Origin: Escherichia coli | GTDB lineage: Bacteria > Pseudomonadota > Gammaproteobacteria > Enterobacterales > Enterobacteriaceae | Reading direction: 5' to 3' (one strand) | DNA length: 64,000 nt | NCBI RefSeq assembly: GCF_003334355.1 | Contig: NZ_QOWP01000012.1 | In this document: in pieces, positions 1 to 10,719 of the stretch | Layout: each line of letters begins with the position of its first letter | How positions within the stretch are numbered: the stretch's first letter is position 1 | Translations under genes and position numbers: made by a program | Notes under the pieces: generated by a model | What the model was told of the DNA's origin: nothing | The model's database searches: none | What the model saw: the letters and a program-made list of their open reading frames with translations, nothing else

Positions 1-95
1 CTAATTTTTCAGGACGTATTGCAACGATCCAGTCTGGTACTTTGATACCGTAAAATCTGGAGCGTCCATCTCATTATCCCTGTAAAACGCGCCCT

Positions 96-117
96 CAGCC
101 CACATCCATGTGGGCTG
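96..117. other. Perfect inverted repeat CAGCCCACAT-cc-ATGTGGGCTG about 210 bp upstream of lysO
   Basis: Read directly: 10-nt arms at 96-105 and 108-117 are exact reverse complements. No clear U-run follows on either strand. Function unknown. Confidence 0.4.
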
Positions 118-329
118 CCCCGGCCTTCAGGGAACGCCTCGGCGATTTTGACGCCACCAACATCGGTGCAGTTTGTAATTAAAGCGCAAGAATATCTTTA
201 AATGAAAACGAATACTCTACTGCTCCTTATGCATAACATTTCCTTTTAATTGCAACTTTACTCGTCCTTCCGCTTTCAGTAGTGTGTCATCGCGCATTTC
301 GACTTCATCTTTGCAAGGACTGGGTTTTC

Positions 330-1229
330 ATGTTTTCTGGGCTGTTAATCATTCTGGTTCCCCTGATTGTGGGTTACCTCATTCCGCTTCGCCAACAAGC
401 TGCGTTAAAAGTTATTAATCAGCTATTAAGCTGGATGGTTTACCTTATTCTCTTTTTTATGGGTATCAGTCTGGCGTTTCTCGATAACCTCGCCAGTAAC
501 CTGTTGGCGATTCTGCATTATTCTGCCGTCAGTATTACCGTTATTTTACTGTGTAATATTGCCGCCCTGATGTGGCTGGAGCGAGGCCTGCCGTGGCGCA
601 ACCACCATCAGCAAGAAAAACTCCCGTCGCGTATTGCGATGGCGCTGGAGTCGCTAAAACTGTGCGGCGTAGTAGTGATTGGTTTTGCCATTGGTCTGAG
701 TGGACTGGCTTTCTTACAACACGCGACCGAAGCCAGTGAATACACGTTAATTTTGCTACTTTTCCTCGTTGGTATTCAGTTGCGCAATAATGGCATGACC
801 TTAAAGCAGATTGTCCTTAATCGCCGGGGAATGATTGTCGCCGTGGTGGTGGTTGTCAGTTCATTAATTGGTGGTTTAATTAACGCCTTTATTCTTGATC
901 TCCCCATCAATACCGCGCTGGCAATGGCCTCCGGTTTCGGCTGGTATTCTCTTTCCGGTATTTTATTGACCGAATCTTTTGGTCCGGTAATCGGGAGTGC
1001 GGCGTTTTTTAATGATCTGGCCCGTGAACTGATTGCTATTATGTTGATCCCTGGGCTGATTCGCCGCAGCCGCTCTACTGCACTGGGCTTATGCGGTGCC
1101 ACATCAATGGATTTCACCCTGCCCGTTCTTCAACGTACTGGCGGGCTGGATATGGTCCCAGCGGCAATTGTTCACGGTTTTATTCTTAGCCTGTTAGTGC
1201 CGATCCTCATCGCCTTTTTCTCTGCGTAA
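330..1229 (+). CDS. lysO: Lysine exporter LysO (YbjE), inner membrane protein
   Basis: ORF 282..1229 trimmed to the ATG at 330, preceded by AAGGA; N-terminus MFSGLLIILVPLIVGY and 299 aa match my memory of YbjE; hydrophobic throughout. Confidence 0.9.
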   Translation: MFSGLLIILVPLIVGYLIPLRQQAALKVINQLLSWMVYLILFFMGISLAFLDNLASNLLAILHYSAVSITVILLCNIAALMWLERGLPWRNHHQQEKLPSRIAMALESLKLCGVVVIGFAIGLSGLAFLQHATEASEYTLILLLFLVGIQLRNNGMTLKQIVLNRRGMIVAVVVVVSSLIGGLINAFILDLPINTALAMASGFGWYSLSGILLTESFGPVIGSAAFFNDLARELIAIMLIPGLIRRSRSTALGLCGATSMDFTLPVLQRTGGLDMVPAAIVHGFILSLLVPILIAFFSA

Positions 1230-1262
1230 TACCTCTCTGGCGGTAGATCCCTGCCGCCAAAA

Positions 1263-1276
1263 TTGCGCTAAATCAA
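1263..1276 (+). promoter_or_regulatory. Candidate FNR box TTGCG-N4-ATCAA upstream of hcp
   Basis: Matches 8 of 10 consensus positions of TTGAT-N4-ATCAA; centred about 100 bp upstream of the hcp start. hcp-hcr is a known FNR-activated anaerobic operon. Confidence 0.4.
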
Positions 1277-1334
1277 TCTCCCTTAAAGTTGCATGAAAAA
1301 TCCCTTTTATCCCCGCGTTAAGCGTCTTAACCTT

Positions 1335-1360
1335 AAACATGTATATTAAATATAACTTTA
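1335..1360 (+). promoter_or_regulatory. Candidate NsrR operator, AT-rich imperfect palindrome in the hcp promoter
   Basis: AACATGTATATTAAATATAACTTT resembles the NsrR inverted-repeat consensus (AAGATGCATTT-N-AAATGCATCTT type); hcp is a known NsrR target. Exact boundaries uncertain. Confidence 0.4.
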
Positions 1361-1372
1361 AAAGGTGTGATC

Positions 1373-3025
1373 ATGTTTTGTGTGCAATGTGAACAAACTA
1401 TCCGTACTCCGGCAGGAAACGGCTGCTCATACGCGCAGGGGATGTGTGGTAAAACGGCGGAAACTTCTGACCTTCAGGATTTACTCATCGCGGCGCTGCA
1501 AGGGCTTTCTGCCTGGGCGGTAAAAGCGCGTGAATACGGCATCATCAACCACGATGTTGACAGCTTCGCGCCACGTGCCTTTTTCTCAACCCTGACCAAC
1601 GTTAACTTCGATTCTCCGCGTATTGTCGGCTACGCTCGTGAAGCGATTGCCCTGCGCGAGGCGCTGAAAGCGCAATGCCTGGCTGTAGATGCCAACGCGC
1701 GCGTCGATAACCCGATGGCTGACCTGCAACTGGTGAGCGACGATCTCGGCGAGCTGCAACGTCAGGCAGCAGAATTTACCCCTAACAAAGATAAAGCGGC
1801 GATTGGCGAAAACATTCTCGGCCTGCGTCTGCTGTGCCTGTATGGCCTGAAAGGTGCGGCGGCCTATATGGAACACGCGCATGTTCTCGGTCAATACGAC
1901 AACGATATTTATGCCCAGTACCATAAAATCATGGCGTGGCTGGGGACCTGGCCTGCCGATATGAACGCGCTTCTTGAGTGTTCAATGGAAATCGGCCAGA
2001 TGAACTTCAAAGTGATGAGCATTCTGGATGCAGGCGAAACCGGTAAATACGGTCACCCGACGCCAACCCAGGTCAACGTCAAAGCGACGGCGGGTAAATG
2101 CATTCTGATTTCCGGTCACGATCTCAAAGATCTCTACAACCTGCTGGAACAGACCGAAGGCACGGGCGTTAATGTCTACACCCACGGCGAAATGCTGCCT
2201 GCGCATGGCTACCCGGAGCTGCGTAAATTCAAGCATCTGGTCGGTAACTACGGCAGCGGCTGGCAGAATCAGCAAGTGGAGTTCGCTCGTTTCCCTGGCC
2301 CCATCGTGATGACCTCGAACTGCATCATCGACCCAACCGTAGGCGCTTATGACGATCGTATCTGGACCCGCAGCATTGTTGGCTGGCCTGGCGTGCGTCA
2401 TCTGGACGGTGATGATTTCTCTGCGGTTATCACCCAGGCGCAACAGATGGCAGGCTTCCCGTACAGCGAAATTCCGCACCTTATCACCGTGGGTTTTGGT
2501 CGCCAGACGCTGCTTGGCGCTGCTGATACGCTGATTGATCTGGTGAGCCGTGAAAAACTGCGTCATATCTTCCTGCTTGGTGGCTGTGACGGCGCACGCG
2601 GCGAGCGCCACTACTTCACCGATTTCGCCACCAGCGTGCCGGATGACTGCCTGATCCTGACCCTCGCCTGTGGTAAATATCGCTTTAACAAACTTGAGTT
2701 TGGCGATATCGAAGGTCTGCCGCGTCTGGTAGATGCAGGTCAATGTAACGATGCTTACTCAGCGATTATTCTGGCTGTCACTCTGGCAGAGAAACTGGGC
2801 TGTGGTGTGAACGATCTGCCGCTGTCGCTGGTGCTCTCCTGGTTTGAACAGAAAGCGATCGTCATTCTGCTGACGCTGCTTTCTCTGGGCGTGAAAAATA
2901 TCGTCACCGGCCCGACTGCACCTGGTTTCCTGACACCAGACCTGCTGGCGGTGCTGAACGAGAAATTCGGCCTGCGTTCTATCACCACTGTTGAAGAAGA
3001 CATGAAGCAACTGTTGAGCGCGTAA
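1373..3025 (+). CDS. hcp: Hybrid-cluster protein (hydroxylamine reductase / NO-stress protein)
   Basis: 550-aa ORF from the ATG at 1373; N-terminus MFCVQCEQT with a Cys-rich cluster-binding motif; followed directly by hcr. Confidence 0.95.
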
Positions 3026-3036
3026 GGAGTTTGTCG

Positions 3037-4005
3037 ATGACGATGCCAACGAATCAATGCCCGTGGCGGATGCAGGTTCATCACATTACGCAAGAAACGC
3101 CGGATGTGTGGACGATTTCCCTGATTTGCCACGATTACTACCCATATCGCGCCGGGCAATATGCACTGGTCAGCGTGCGAAACTCAGCGGAAACGCTGCG
3201 TGCTTACACCATTTCCTCCACGCCAGGCGTGAGTGAATATATCACCCTGACCGTGCGGCGGATTGATGACGGTGTCGGCTCCCAGTGGCTGACGCGCGAT
3301 GTAAAACGCGGTGATTATCTCTGGCTTTCGGACGCGATGGGGGAATTTACCTGCGACGATAAAGCAGAAGATAAATTCCTGTTGCTGGCGGCAGGCTGCG
3401 GCGTCACGCCGATTATGTCGATGCGTCGCTGGCTGGCGAAGAACTGTCCACAGGCCGATGTACAGGTGATCTACAACGTGCGCACGCCGCAGGATGTTAT
3501 TTTCGCCGATGAGTGGCGTAACTATCCGGTAACGCTGGTGGCGGAAAATAACGTTACCGAAGGCTTTATCGCTGGTCGTCTCACTCGCGAACTGCTGACT
3601 CGCGTTCCTGACTTAGCTTCACGTACCGTGATGACCTGCGGCCCGGCTCCGTATATGGATTGGGTAGAGCAGGAAGTGAAAGCGCTCGGCGTGACGCGTT
3701 TCTTTAAAGAGAAATTCTTCACCCCAGTAGCGGAAGCAGCGACCAGCGGTCTGAAATTCACCAAACTGCAACCGGCACGAGAATTTTACGCCCCGGTTGG
3801 CACCACGCTACTGGAGGCGCTGGAAAGCAATAACGTTCCGGTTGTCGCCGCCTGCCGTGCGGGTGTTTGCGGCTGCTGTAAGACAAAAGTGGTTTCCGGT
3901 GAATATACGGTGAGCAGCACAATGACGCTGACCGACGCCGAAATCGCTGAAGGTTACGTACTGGCCTGCTCCTGCCATCCGCAGGGGGATTTGGTTCTCG
4001 CATAA
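3037..4005 (+). CDS. hcr: NADH oxidoreductase for Hcp (FAD and 2Fe-2S ferredoxin-reductase-like)
   Basis: 322 aa from the ATG at 3037 with TAAGGAG 7 nt upstream; C-terminal CRAGVCGCC 2Fe-2S motif; starts 12 nt after the hcp stop. Confidence 0.93.
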   Translation: MTMPTNQCPWRMQVHHITQETPDVWTISLICHDYYPYRAGQYALVSVRNSAETLRAYTISSTPGVSEYITLTVRRIDDGVGSQWLTRDVKRGDYLWLSDAMGEFTCDDKAEDKFLLLAAGCGVTPIMSMRRWLAKNCPQADVQVIYNVRTPQDVIFADEWRNYPVTLVAENNVTEGFIAGRLTRELLTRVPDLASRTVMTCGPAPYMDWVEQEVKALGVTRFFKEKFFTPVAEAATSGLKFTKLQPAREFYAPVGTTLLEALESNNVPVVAACRAGVCGCCKTKVVSGEYTVSSTMTLTDAEIAEGYVLACSCHPQGDLVLA

Positions 4006-4137
4006 TCGCCTTATGCTCGATGATATTCCTTTCATCGGGCTATTTAACCGTTAGTGCCTCCTTTCTCTCCCATCCCTTCCCCCTCCGTCAGATGAACTAA
4101 ACTTGTTACCGTTATCACATTCAGGAGATGGAGAACC

Positions 4138-5856
4138 ATGAAACAAACGGTTGCAGCTTATATCGCCAAAACACTCGAATCGGCAGGGGTGAAACGCATC
4201 TGGGGAGTCACAGGCGACTCTCTGAACGGTCTTAGTGACAGTCTTAATCGCATGGGCACCATCGAGTGGATGTCCACCCGCCACGAAGAAGTGGCGGCCT
4301 TTGCCGCTGGCGCTGAAGCACAACTTAGCGGAGAACTGGCGGTCTGCGCCGGATCGTGCGGCCCCGGCAACCTGCACTTAATCAACGGCCTGTTCGATTG
4401 CCACCGCAATCACGTTCCGGTACTGGCGATTGCCGCTCATATTCCCTCCAGCGAAATTGGCAGCGGCTATTTCCAGGAAACCCACCCACAAGAGCTATTC
4501 CGCGAATGTAGTCACTATTGCGAGCTGGTTTCCAGCCCGGAGCAGATCCCACAAGTACTGGCGATTGCCATGCGCAAAGCGGTGCTTAACCGTGGCGTTT
4601 CGGTTGTCGTGTTACCAGGCGACGTGGCGTTAAAACCTGCGCCAGAAGGGGCAACCATGCACTGGTATCATGCGCCACAACCAGTCGTGACGCCGGAAGA
4701 AGAAGAGTTACGCAAACTGGCGCAACTGCTGCGTTATTCCAGCAATATCGCCCTGATGTGTGGCAGCGGCTGCGCGGGGGCGCATAAAGAGTTAGTTGAG
4801 TTTGCCGGGAAAATTAAAGCGCCTATTGTTCATGCCCTGCGCGGTAAAGAACATGTCGAATACGATAATCCGTATGATGTTGGAATGACCGGGTTAATCG
4901 GCTTCTCGTCAGGTTTCCATACCATGATGAACGCCGACACGTTAGTGCTACTCGGCACGCAATTTCCCTACCGCGCCTTCTACCCGACCGATGCCAAAAT
5001 CATTCAGATTGATATCAACCCAGCCAGCATCGGCGCTCACAGCAAGGTGGATATGGCACTGGTCGGCGATATCAAGTCGACTCTGCGTGCATTGCTTCCA
5101 TTGGTGGAAGAAAAAGCCGATCGCAAGTTTCTGGATAAAGCGCTGGAAGATTACCGCGACGCCCGCAAAGGGCTGGACGATTTAGCTAAACCGAGCGAGA
5201 AAGCCATTCACCCGCAATATCTGGCGCAGCAAATTAGTCATTTTGCCGCCGATGACGCTATTTTCACCTGTGACGTTGGTACGCCAACGGTGTGGGCGGC
5301 ACGTTATCTAAAAATGAACGGCAAGCGTCGCCTGTTAGGTTCGTTTAACCACGGTTCGATGGCTAACGCCATGCCGCAGGCGCTGGGTGCGCAGGCGACA
5401 GAGCCAGAACGTCAGGTGGTCGCCATGTGCGGCGATGGCGGTTTTAGCATGTTGATGGGCGATTTCCTCTCAGTAGTGCAGATGAAACTGCCAGTGAAAA
5501 TTGTCGTCTTTAACAACAGCGTGCTGGGCTTTGTGGCGATGGAGATGAAAGCTGGTGGCTATTTGACTGACGGCACCGAACTACACGACACAAACTTTGC
5601 CCGCATTGCCGAAGCGTGCGGCATTACGGGTATCCGTGTAGAAAAAGCGTCTGAAGTTGATGAAGCCCTGCAACGCGCCTTCTCCATCGACGGTCCGGTG
5701 CTGGTGGATGTGGTGGTCGCCAAAGAAGAGTTAGCCATTCCACCGCAGATCAAACTCGAACAGGCCAAAGGATTTAGCTTGTATATGTTGCGCGCAATCA
5801 TCAGCGGACGCGGCGATGAAGTGATCGAACTGGCGAAAACGAACTGGCTAAGGTAA
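4138..5856 (+). CDS. poxB: Pyruvate oxidase (ubiquinone-dependent, thiamine-diphosphate and FAD enzyme)
   Basis: 572 aa; N-terminus [31 protein letters not shown]; GDG thiamine-diphosphate motif ([10 protein letters not shown]). Confidence 0.95.
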
Positions 5857-5892
5857 AAAGGGTGGCATTTCCCGTCATAATAAGGACATGCC

Positions 5893-6894
5893 ATGATTGA
5901 TTTACGCAGTGATACCGTTACCCGACCGAGCCGCGCCATGCTCGAAGCAATGATGGCCGCCCCGGTTGGGGACGACGTTTACGGAGACGACCCTACCGTT
6001 AATGCTCTGCAGGACTACGCCGCAGAGCTTTCCGGTAAAGAAGCCGCCATTTTTCTGCCGACCGGCACTCAGGCCAACCTGGTCGCTCTGCTCAGTCACT
6101 GCGAACGTGGCGAAGAGTATATTGTCGGTCAGGCCGCGCATAACTATCTGTTTGAAGCCGGTGGCGCAGCGGTGCTGGGCAGTATTCAGCCGCAACCCAT
6201 CGACGCGGCTGCCGACGGCACGCTACCGCTGGATAAAGTGGCGATGAAAATCAAACCCGACGATATCCATTTCGCCCGCACCAAATTACTCAGTCTGGAA
6301 AACACCCACAACGGCAAAGTGCTGCCGCGTGAATACCTGAAAGAAGCATGGGAATTTACCCGCGAGCGCAATCTGGCGCTGCATGTTGACGGTGCGCGCA
6401 TCTTTAATGCCGTGGTGGCTTACGGCTGCGAACTGAAAGAGATCACGCAATATTGTGATTCGTTCACCATTTGCCTGTCGAAAGGTCTTGGGACGCCAGT
6501 CGGTTCATTACTCGTCGGTAATCGTGATTACATTAAACGTGCCATCCGCTGGCGGAAAATGGCCGGTGGCGGGATGCGTCAGTCCGGGATTCTGGCTGCC
6601 GCCGGGATGTATGCCCTGAAAAATAACGTCGCACGGTTGCAGGAAGATCACGACAACGCCGCCTGGATGGCGGAGCAACTGCGTGAAGCAGGCGCGGATG
6701 TGATGCGTCAGGACACTAATATGCTGTTTGTTCGCGTCGGGGAAGAAAATGCTGCCGCGTTAGGCGAATACATGAAAGCGAGAAACGTGCTGATTAACGC
6801 CTCGCCGATTGTCCGCCTGGTGACGCATCTTGACGTCTCGCGCGAACAACTGGCGGAAGTCGCCGCCCACTGGCGCGCATTCCTGGCGCGTTAA
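5893..6894 (+). CDS. ltaE: Low-specificity L-threonine aldolase (PLP-dependent)
   Basis: 333 aa; [14 protein letters not shown]-terminus typical of threonine aldolases. Confidence 0.93.
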   Translation: MIDLRSDTVTRPSRAMLEAMMAAPVGDDVYGDDPTVNALQDYAAELSGKEAAIFLPTGTQANLVALLSHCERGEEYIVGQAAHNYLFEAGGAAVLGSIQPQPIDAAADGTLPLDKVAMKIKPDDIHFARTKLLSLENTHNGKVLPREYLKEAWEFTRERNLALHVDGARIFNAVVAYGCELKEITQYCDSFTICLSKGLGTPVGSLLVGNRDYIKRAIRWRKMAGGGMRQSGILAAAGMYALKNNVARLQEDHDNAAWMAEQLREAGADVMRQDTNMLFVRVGEENAAALGEYMKARNVLINASPIVRLVTHLDVSREQLAEVAAHWRAFLAR

Positions 6895-6904
6895 GGAGAG
6901 AGAC

Positions 6905-8335
6905 GTGCCGCAACGCATTTTAGTTCTCGGTGCCAGTGGCTACATTGGTCAGCATCTGGTGCGCACACTCAGCCAGCAAGGGCATCAGATCCTGGCGGCG
7001 GCACGTCATGTCGACAGGCTTGCAAAGCTGCAACTGGCAAACGTCAGTTGCCATAAAGTCGATCTCAGCTGGCCGGATAACCTTCCGGCCCTGTTGCAGG
7101 ATATCGATACCGTCTATTTTCTGGTGCACAGCATGGGCGAAGGCGGCGATTTTATCGCTCAGGAGCGCCAGGTGGCTCTCAACGTCCGCGATGCGCTACG
7201 TGAAGTATCAGTTAAGCAATTAATCTTTCTCAGTTCGTTGCAGGCCCCGCCACATGAGCAGTCGGATCATCTGCGTGCTCGTCAGGCTACGGCGGACATT
7301 CTTCGTGAAGCGAATGTACCTGTGACCGAACTTCGGGCCGGAATTATCGTTGGCGCAGGTTCAGCGGCGTTCGAAGTCATGCGCGATATGGTCTACAACC
7401 TGCCAGTGTTAACGCCGCCACGCTGGGTACGTTCACGCACCACGCCCATCGCGCTGGAAAACTTGCTGCACTATCTGGTGGCGTTGTTAGATCATCCGGC
7501 CAGCGAACACCGCATCTTCGAAGCCGCCGGACCAGAGGTGCTCAGTTATCAGCAACAGTTTGAACATTTTATGGCGGTGAGCGGTAAGCGCCGCTGGTTG
7601 ATCCCCATCCCCCTCCCCACCCGCTGGATTTCGGTGTGGTTTCTCAATGTGATTACTTCCGTACCGCCCACCACCGCCAGGGCGTTGATTCAGGGGCTGA
7701 AACACGATCTGCTGGCGGATGATACCGCGCTACGTGCACTCATCCCACAACGGCTGATCGCTTTCGATGACGCGGTACGTAGCACGTTGAAAGAGGAGGA
7801 AAAACTGGTCAACTCCAGCGACTGGGGCTACGACGCTCAGGCCTTTGCCCGCTGGCGACCGGAGTACGGTTATTTTGCCAAACAGGCGGGGTTTACCGTT
7901 AAAACGTCCGCCAGCCTTGCTGCTTTATGGCAGGTAGTGAACCAAATCGGCGGTAAAGAGCGTTATTTCTTTGGCAATATTTTGTGGCAGACACGGGTGT
8001 TGATGGACCGCGCGATCGGTCATAAGCTGGCGAAAGGCCGCCCGGAGCGCGAATATTTACAGACTGGCGATGCGGTAGATAGCTGGAAAGTGATTGTCGT
8101 TGAACCGGAAAAACAACTTACGTTGTTATTTGGCATGAAAGCGCCGGGGCTGGGACGACTGTGTTTTAGCCTGGAAGATAAAGGCGACTATCGTACTATC
8201 GATGTCCGCGCTTTCTGGCATCCGCACGGTATGCCGGGGCTGTTTTACTGGTTATTGATGATCCCCGCGCATCTGTTTATTTTTCGCGGAATGGCAAAAC
8301 AAATCGCCAGACTGGCAGAACAAAGCACAGATTAA
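6905..8335 (+). CDS. ybjT: Uncharacterised NAD(P)-binding Rossmann protein with C-terminal domain of unknown function
   Basis: 476 aa from a GTG at 6905 with GGAGAG upstream (longest ORF begins at a TTG at 6830 inside ltaE); VLGASGYIG dinucleotide-binding motif; called by synteny. Confidence 0.85.
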   Translation: MPQRILVLGASGYIGQHLVRTLSQQGHQILAAARHVDRLAKLQLANVSCHKVDLSWPDNLPALLQDIDTVYFLVHSMGEGGDFIAQERQVALNVRDALREVSVKQLIFLSSLQAPPHEQSDHLRARQATADILREANVPVTELRAGIIVGAGSAAFEVMRDMVYNLPVLTPPRWVRSRTTPIALENLLHYLVALLDHPASEHRIFEAAGPEVLSYQQQFEHFMAVSGKRRWLIPIPLPTRWISVWFLNVITSVPPTTARALIQGLKHDLLADDTALRALIPQRLIAFDDAVRSTLKEEEKLVNSSDWGYDAQAFARWRPEYGYFAKQAGFTVKTSASLAALWQVVNQIGGKERYFFGNILWQTRVLMDRAIGHKLAKGRPEREYLQTGDAVDSWKVIVVEPEKQLTLLFGMKAPGLGRLCFSLEDKGDYRTIDVRAFWHPHGMPGLFYWLLMIPAHLFIFRGMAKQIARLAEQSTD

Positions 8336-8433
8336 TCGACAAAACCTGCGTTATTCTTTCATGTTTCCCATTGCATCATGGGGGAAATCACGGAAGAATG
8401 CGCACGTTATTTTCTCAACAACAGTGGATTGAT

Positions 8434-9447
8434 ATGAAGGTACTGGTTACCGGCGCCACCAGCGGCTTAGGTCGAAACGCGGTAGAGTTTTTATGCCAGA
8501 AAGGCATCAGCGTGCGAGCGACCGGTCGCAACGAGGCAATGGGCAAATTGCTGGAAAAAATGGGCGCAGAGTTTGTTCCGGCGGATCTGACCGAGCTGGT
8601 TTCATCACAAGCTAAAGTGATGCTCGCGGGCATTGATACGCTGTGGCACTGCTCCAGCTTTACCTCACCCTGGGGGACACAACAGGCTTTCGATCTGGCT
8701 AACGTTCGCGCCACTCGCCGCCTGGGTGAATGGGCTGTCGCCTGGGGTGTGCGTAACTTTATTCATATCTCTTCCCCCTCCCTGTACTTCGATTATCACC
8801 ACCATCGCGATATTAAAGAAGATTTTCGCCCTCACCGCTTCGCCAACGAGTTTGCCCGCAGCAAAGCAGCCAGCGAAGAAGTGATCAATATGCTTTCGCA
8901 GGCGAATCCACAAACGCGCTTTACTATTCTGCGCCCACAAAGTCTGTTCGGACCGCACGATAAAGTCTTTATTCCCCGTCTGGCGCATATGATGCACCAC
9001 TACGGCAGTATTCTGTTACCGCATGGCGGCAGTGCGCTGGTCGATATGACCTACTATGAAAATGCCGTGCACGCAATGTGGCTGGCAAGCCAGGAAGCCT
9101 GCGATAAGCTACCTTCCGGGCGTGTGTACAACATCACCAACGGCGAGCATCGCACACTGCGCAGCATCGTGCAGAAGCTGATCGACGAGTTGAATATTGA
9201 CTGTCGTATTCGTTCCGTCCCCTACCCGATGCTGGATATGATCGCCCGCAGCATGGAGCGTTTAGGCCGCAAGTCAGCAAAAGAGCCGCCGCTGACCCAC
9301 TACGGCGTCTCCAAGTTGAATTTTGACTTTACGCTGGATATTACGCGTGCGCAGGAAGAGTTAGGTTATCAGCCGGTCATCACCCTGGATGAAGGTATCG
9401 AGAAAACTGCCGCCTGGCTACGCGACCACGGAAAACTGCCGCGCTAA
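8434..9447 (+). CDS. ybjS: Uncharacterised NAD-dependent epimerase/dehydratase-family protein
   Basis: 337 aa from the ATG at 8434; VTGATSGLG Rossmann motif; called by synteny. Confidence 0.85.
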   Translation: MKVLVTGATSGLGRNAVEFLCQKGISVRATGRNEAMGKLLEKMGAEFVPADLTELVSSQAKVMLAGIDTLWHCSSFTSPWGTQQAFDLANVRATRRLGEWAVAWGVRNFIHISSPSLYFDYHHHRDIKEDFRPHRFANEFARSKAASEEVINMLSQANPQTRFTILRPQSLFGPHDKVFIPRLAHMMHHYGSILLPHGGSALVDMTYYENAVHAMWLASQEACDKLPSGRVYNITNGEHRTLRSIVQKLIDELNIDCRIRSVPYPMLDMIARSMERLGRKSAKEPPLTHYGVSKLNFDFTLDITRAQEELGYQPVITLDEGIEKTAAWLRDHGKLPR

Positions 9448-10274
9448 TCCTGCCCGTATTTCTCCAGCAATGCTTCGGCAATCGCCTGAGTTTCTGCATC
9501 CGCTTCGCCGTTATATAACGTCGGGCGGAAATGCATCTGGAATGCCATAATCACGCGCCGCTGCTCGCGCGGTGTCATATCAGGTTTAACGTCATAACCG
9601 TAGCGCGCCAAAAGCTCCAGCAATGACGCGGTATCTACCGGTGTGTGCGGCGCGCGCCCGGCAAGGTAAAAGTTAACCCGCTGCGCATCCGGCCAGGCAC
9701 CAATCCCCTGCTGCGCCAGTTGCTGCCAGGGAAATAATGGCCCCGGATCGTCTTTGCGCTGCGGTGCGATATCCGCATGTGCCACTACGTTTTCCGGCTT
9801 GATGTGATAACGGGCAATAATATCTTTCGCCAGTGGAATAAGCGCCTGAATCTGTGCCGGTTCAAACGGGGCAAAATATTTCACTCCGGCCGATTTTTGC
9901 CAGCCACGGTTTTCCAGCTCAATGCCAATAGAGGTGTCGTTAAGGCGCGTTGCCCCGCGCCAGGCGCTAATCCCCGCATGCCAGGCCAGTTCTTGTTCCG
10001 GCACCAGTTGCCAGATGCGCGGTTTACCGTTGTATCGCGGTGGTACCGCAGGGACCAGATAATGCGAGCTGACCTGCTTATCGGTCAGTGTCGCCAGCGA
10101 GCTATCAAAATCATCTGCGGTGTAGTGGATCACCAGCACTTTAATGCGCGGATACGCCGCCTGCGCCTGGCGTCGGGTATCAAGCTGATATCCCTCTTTC
10201 TCGACAATGCCTTTTTCGCCTGCACACCCTGCCAATAACAGAGCGGCAGCGACCAGCCAGAAGACTCTTCTCAT
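9444..10274 (-). CDS. amiD: N-acetylmuramoyl-L-alanine amidase AmiD, outer-membrane lipoprotein
   Basis: 276 aa; signal peptide with lipobox LLAGC; amidase_2 fold. Its stop overlaps the ybjS stop in the tetranucleotide CTAA. Confidence 0.9.
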
Positions 10275-10594
10275 CGACGCGTTTTCACCGCCGTACCGCT
10301 GACGCTAACCATCAGCATACTGCCGTTTTGCCCGACCGTTTCGTAGTCGATATCAATACCGACGACGGCATCGGCCCCCAGCGCCCGCGCCTGGGAGCCT
10401 AATTCCTCAAAGGCGATCTCCCGTGCTTTACGCAGTTCTTTTTCATACGCACCGGAACGTCCGCCAACGATATCGCGGATACCGGCAAAGAAATCACGGA
10501 AAATATTGGCACCTAAAATCGCTTCGCCGGTCACCACACCGCAATATTCAACGATGGTCTGGCCTTCCAGAGTTGGGGTTGTAGAAAATTGCAT
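10271..10594 (-). CDS. ybjQ: UPF0145-family small protein
   Basis: 107 aa; stop overlaps the amiD start (ATGA), suggesting translational coupling. Confidence 0.85.
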
Positions 10595-10719
10595 GATCGA
10601 TCTCCTTGTTTGCTAAGCCTTCGATCTCAAAAGCATTATCAGACTGATACGCTATTATTGAAAGGATATCATTATTATCGTAGAACGCTTTCAGAGCGAT
10701 CGCTTATAAGGAAATCATT

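Noticed and set aside
282-329. Upstream extension of the lysO ORF (MCHRAFRLHLCKDWVF...) in the six-frame track; likewise upstream extensions of potF, gsiB, dacC, fsaA, pdeI, artP, artJ, ybjS and potG
   Set aside because: The extensions lack ribosome-binding sites, often overlap the upstream gene or promoter, and the internal start reproduces the known protein length and N-terminus (signal peptides begin at the internal Met).
1229-1372. Possible riboswitch or leader peptide in the lysO-hcp intergenic region
   Set aside because: The region is short (about 140 bp), AT-rich and better explained by the hcp promoter with FNR and NsrR sites. No conserved riboswitch-like stem architecture was recognisable by eye.
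1982-2743. 253-aa ORF on the minus strand inside hcp; similar long antisense ORFs inside artP (11549-12199), rimK (22312-22836), iaaA (48164-48544), ybiW (53686-54204) and ybiT (58530-59324)
   Set aside because: They lie entirely within, and antisense to, well-supported genes, have no convincing ribosome-binding site and no recognisable protein features. They are most likely shadow ORFs produced by the codon bias of the sense gene.
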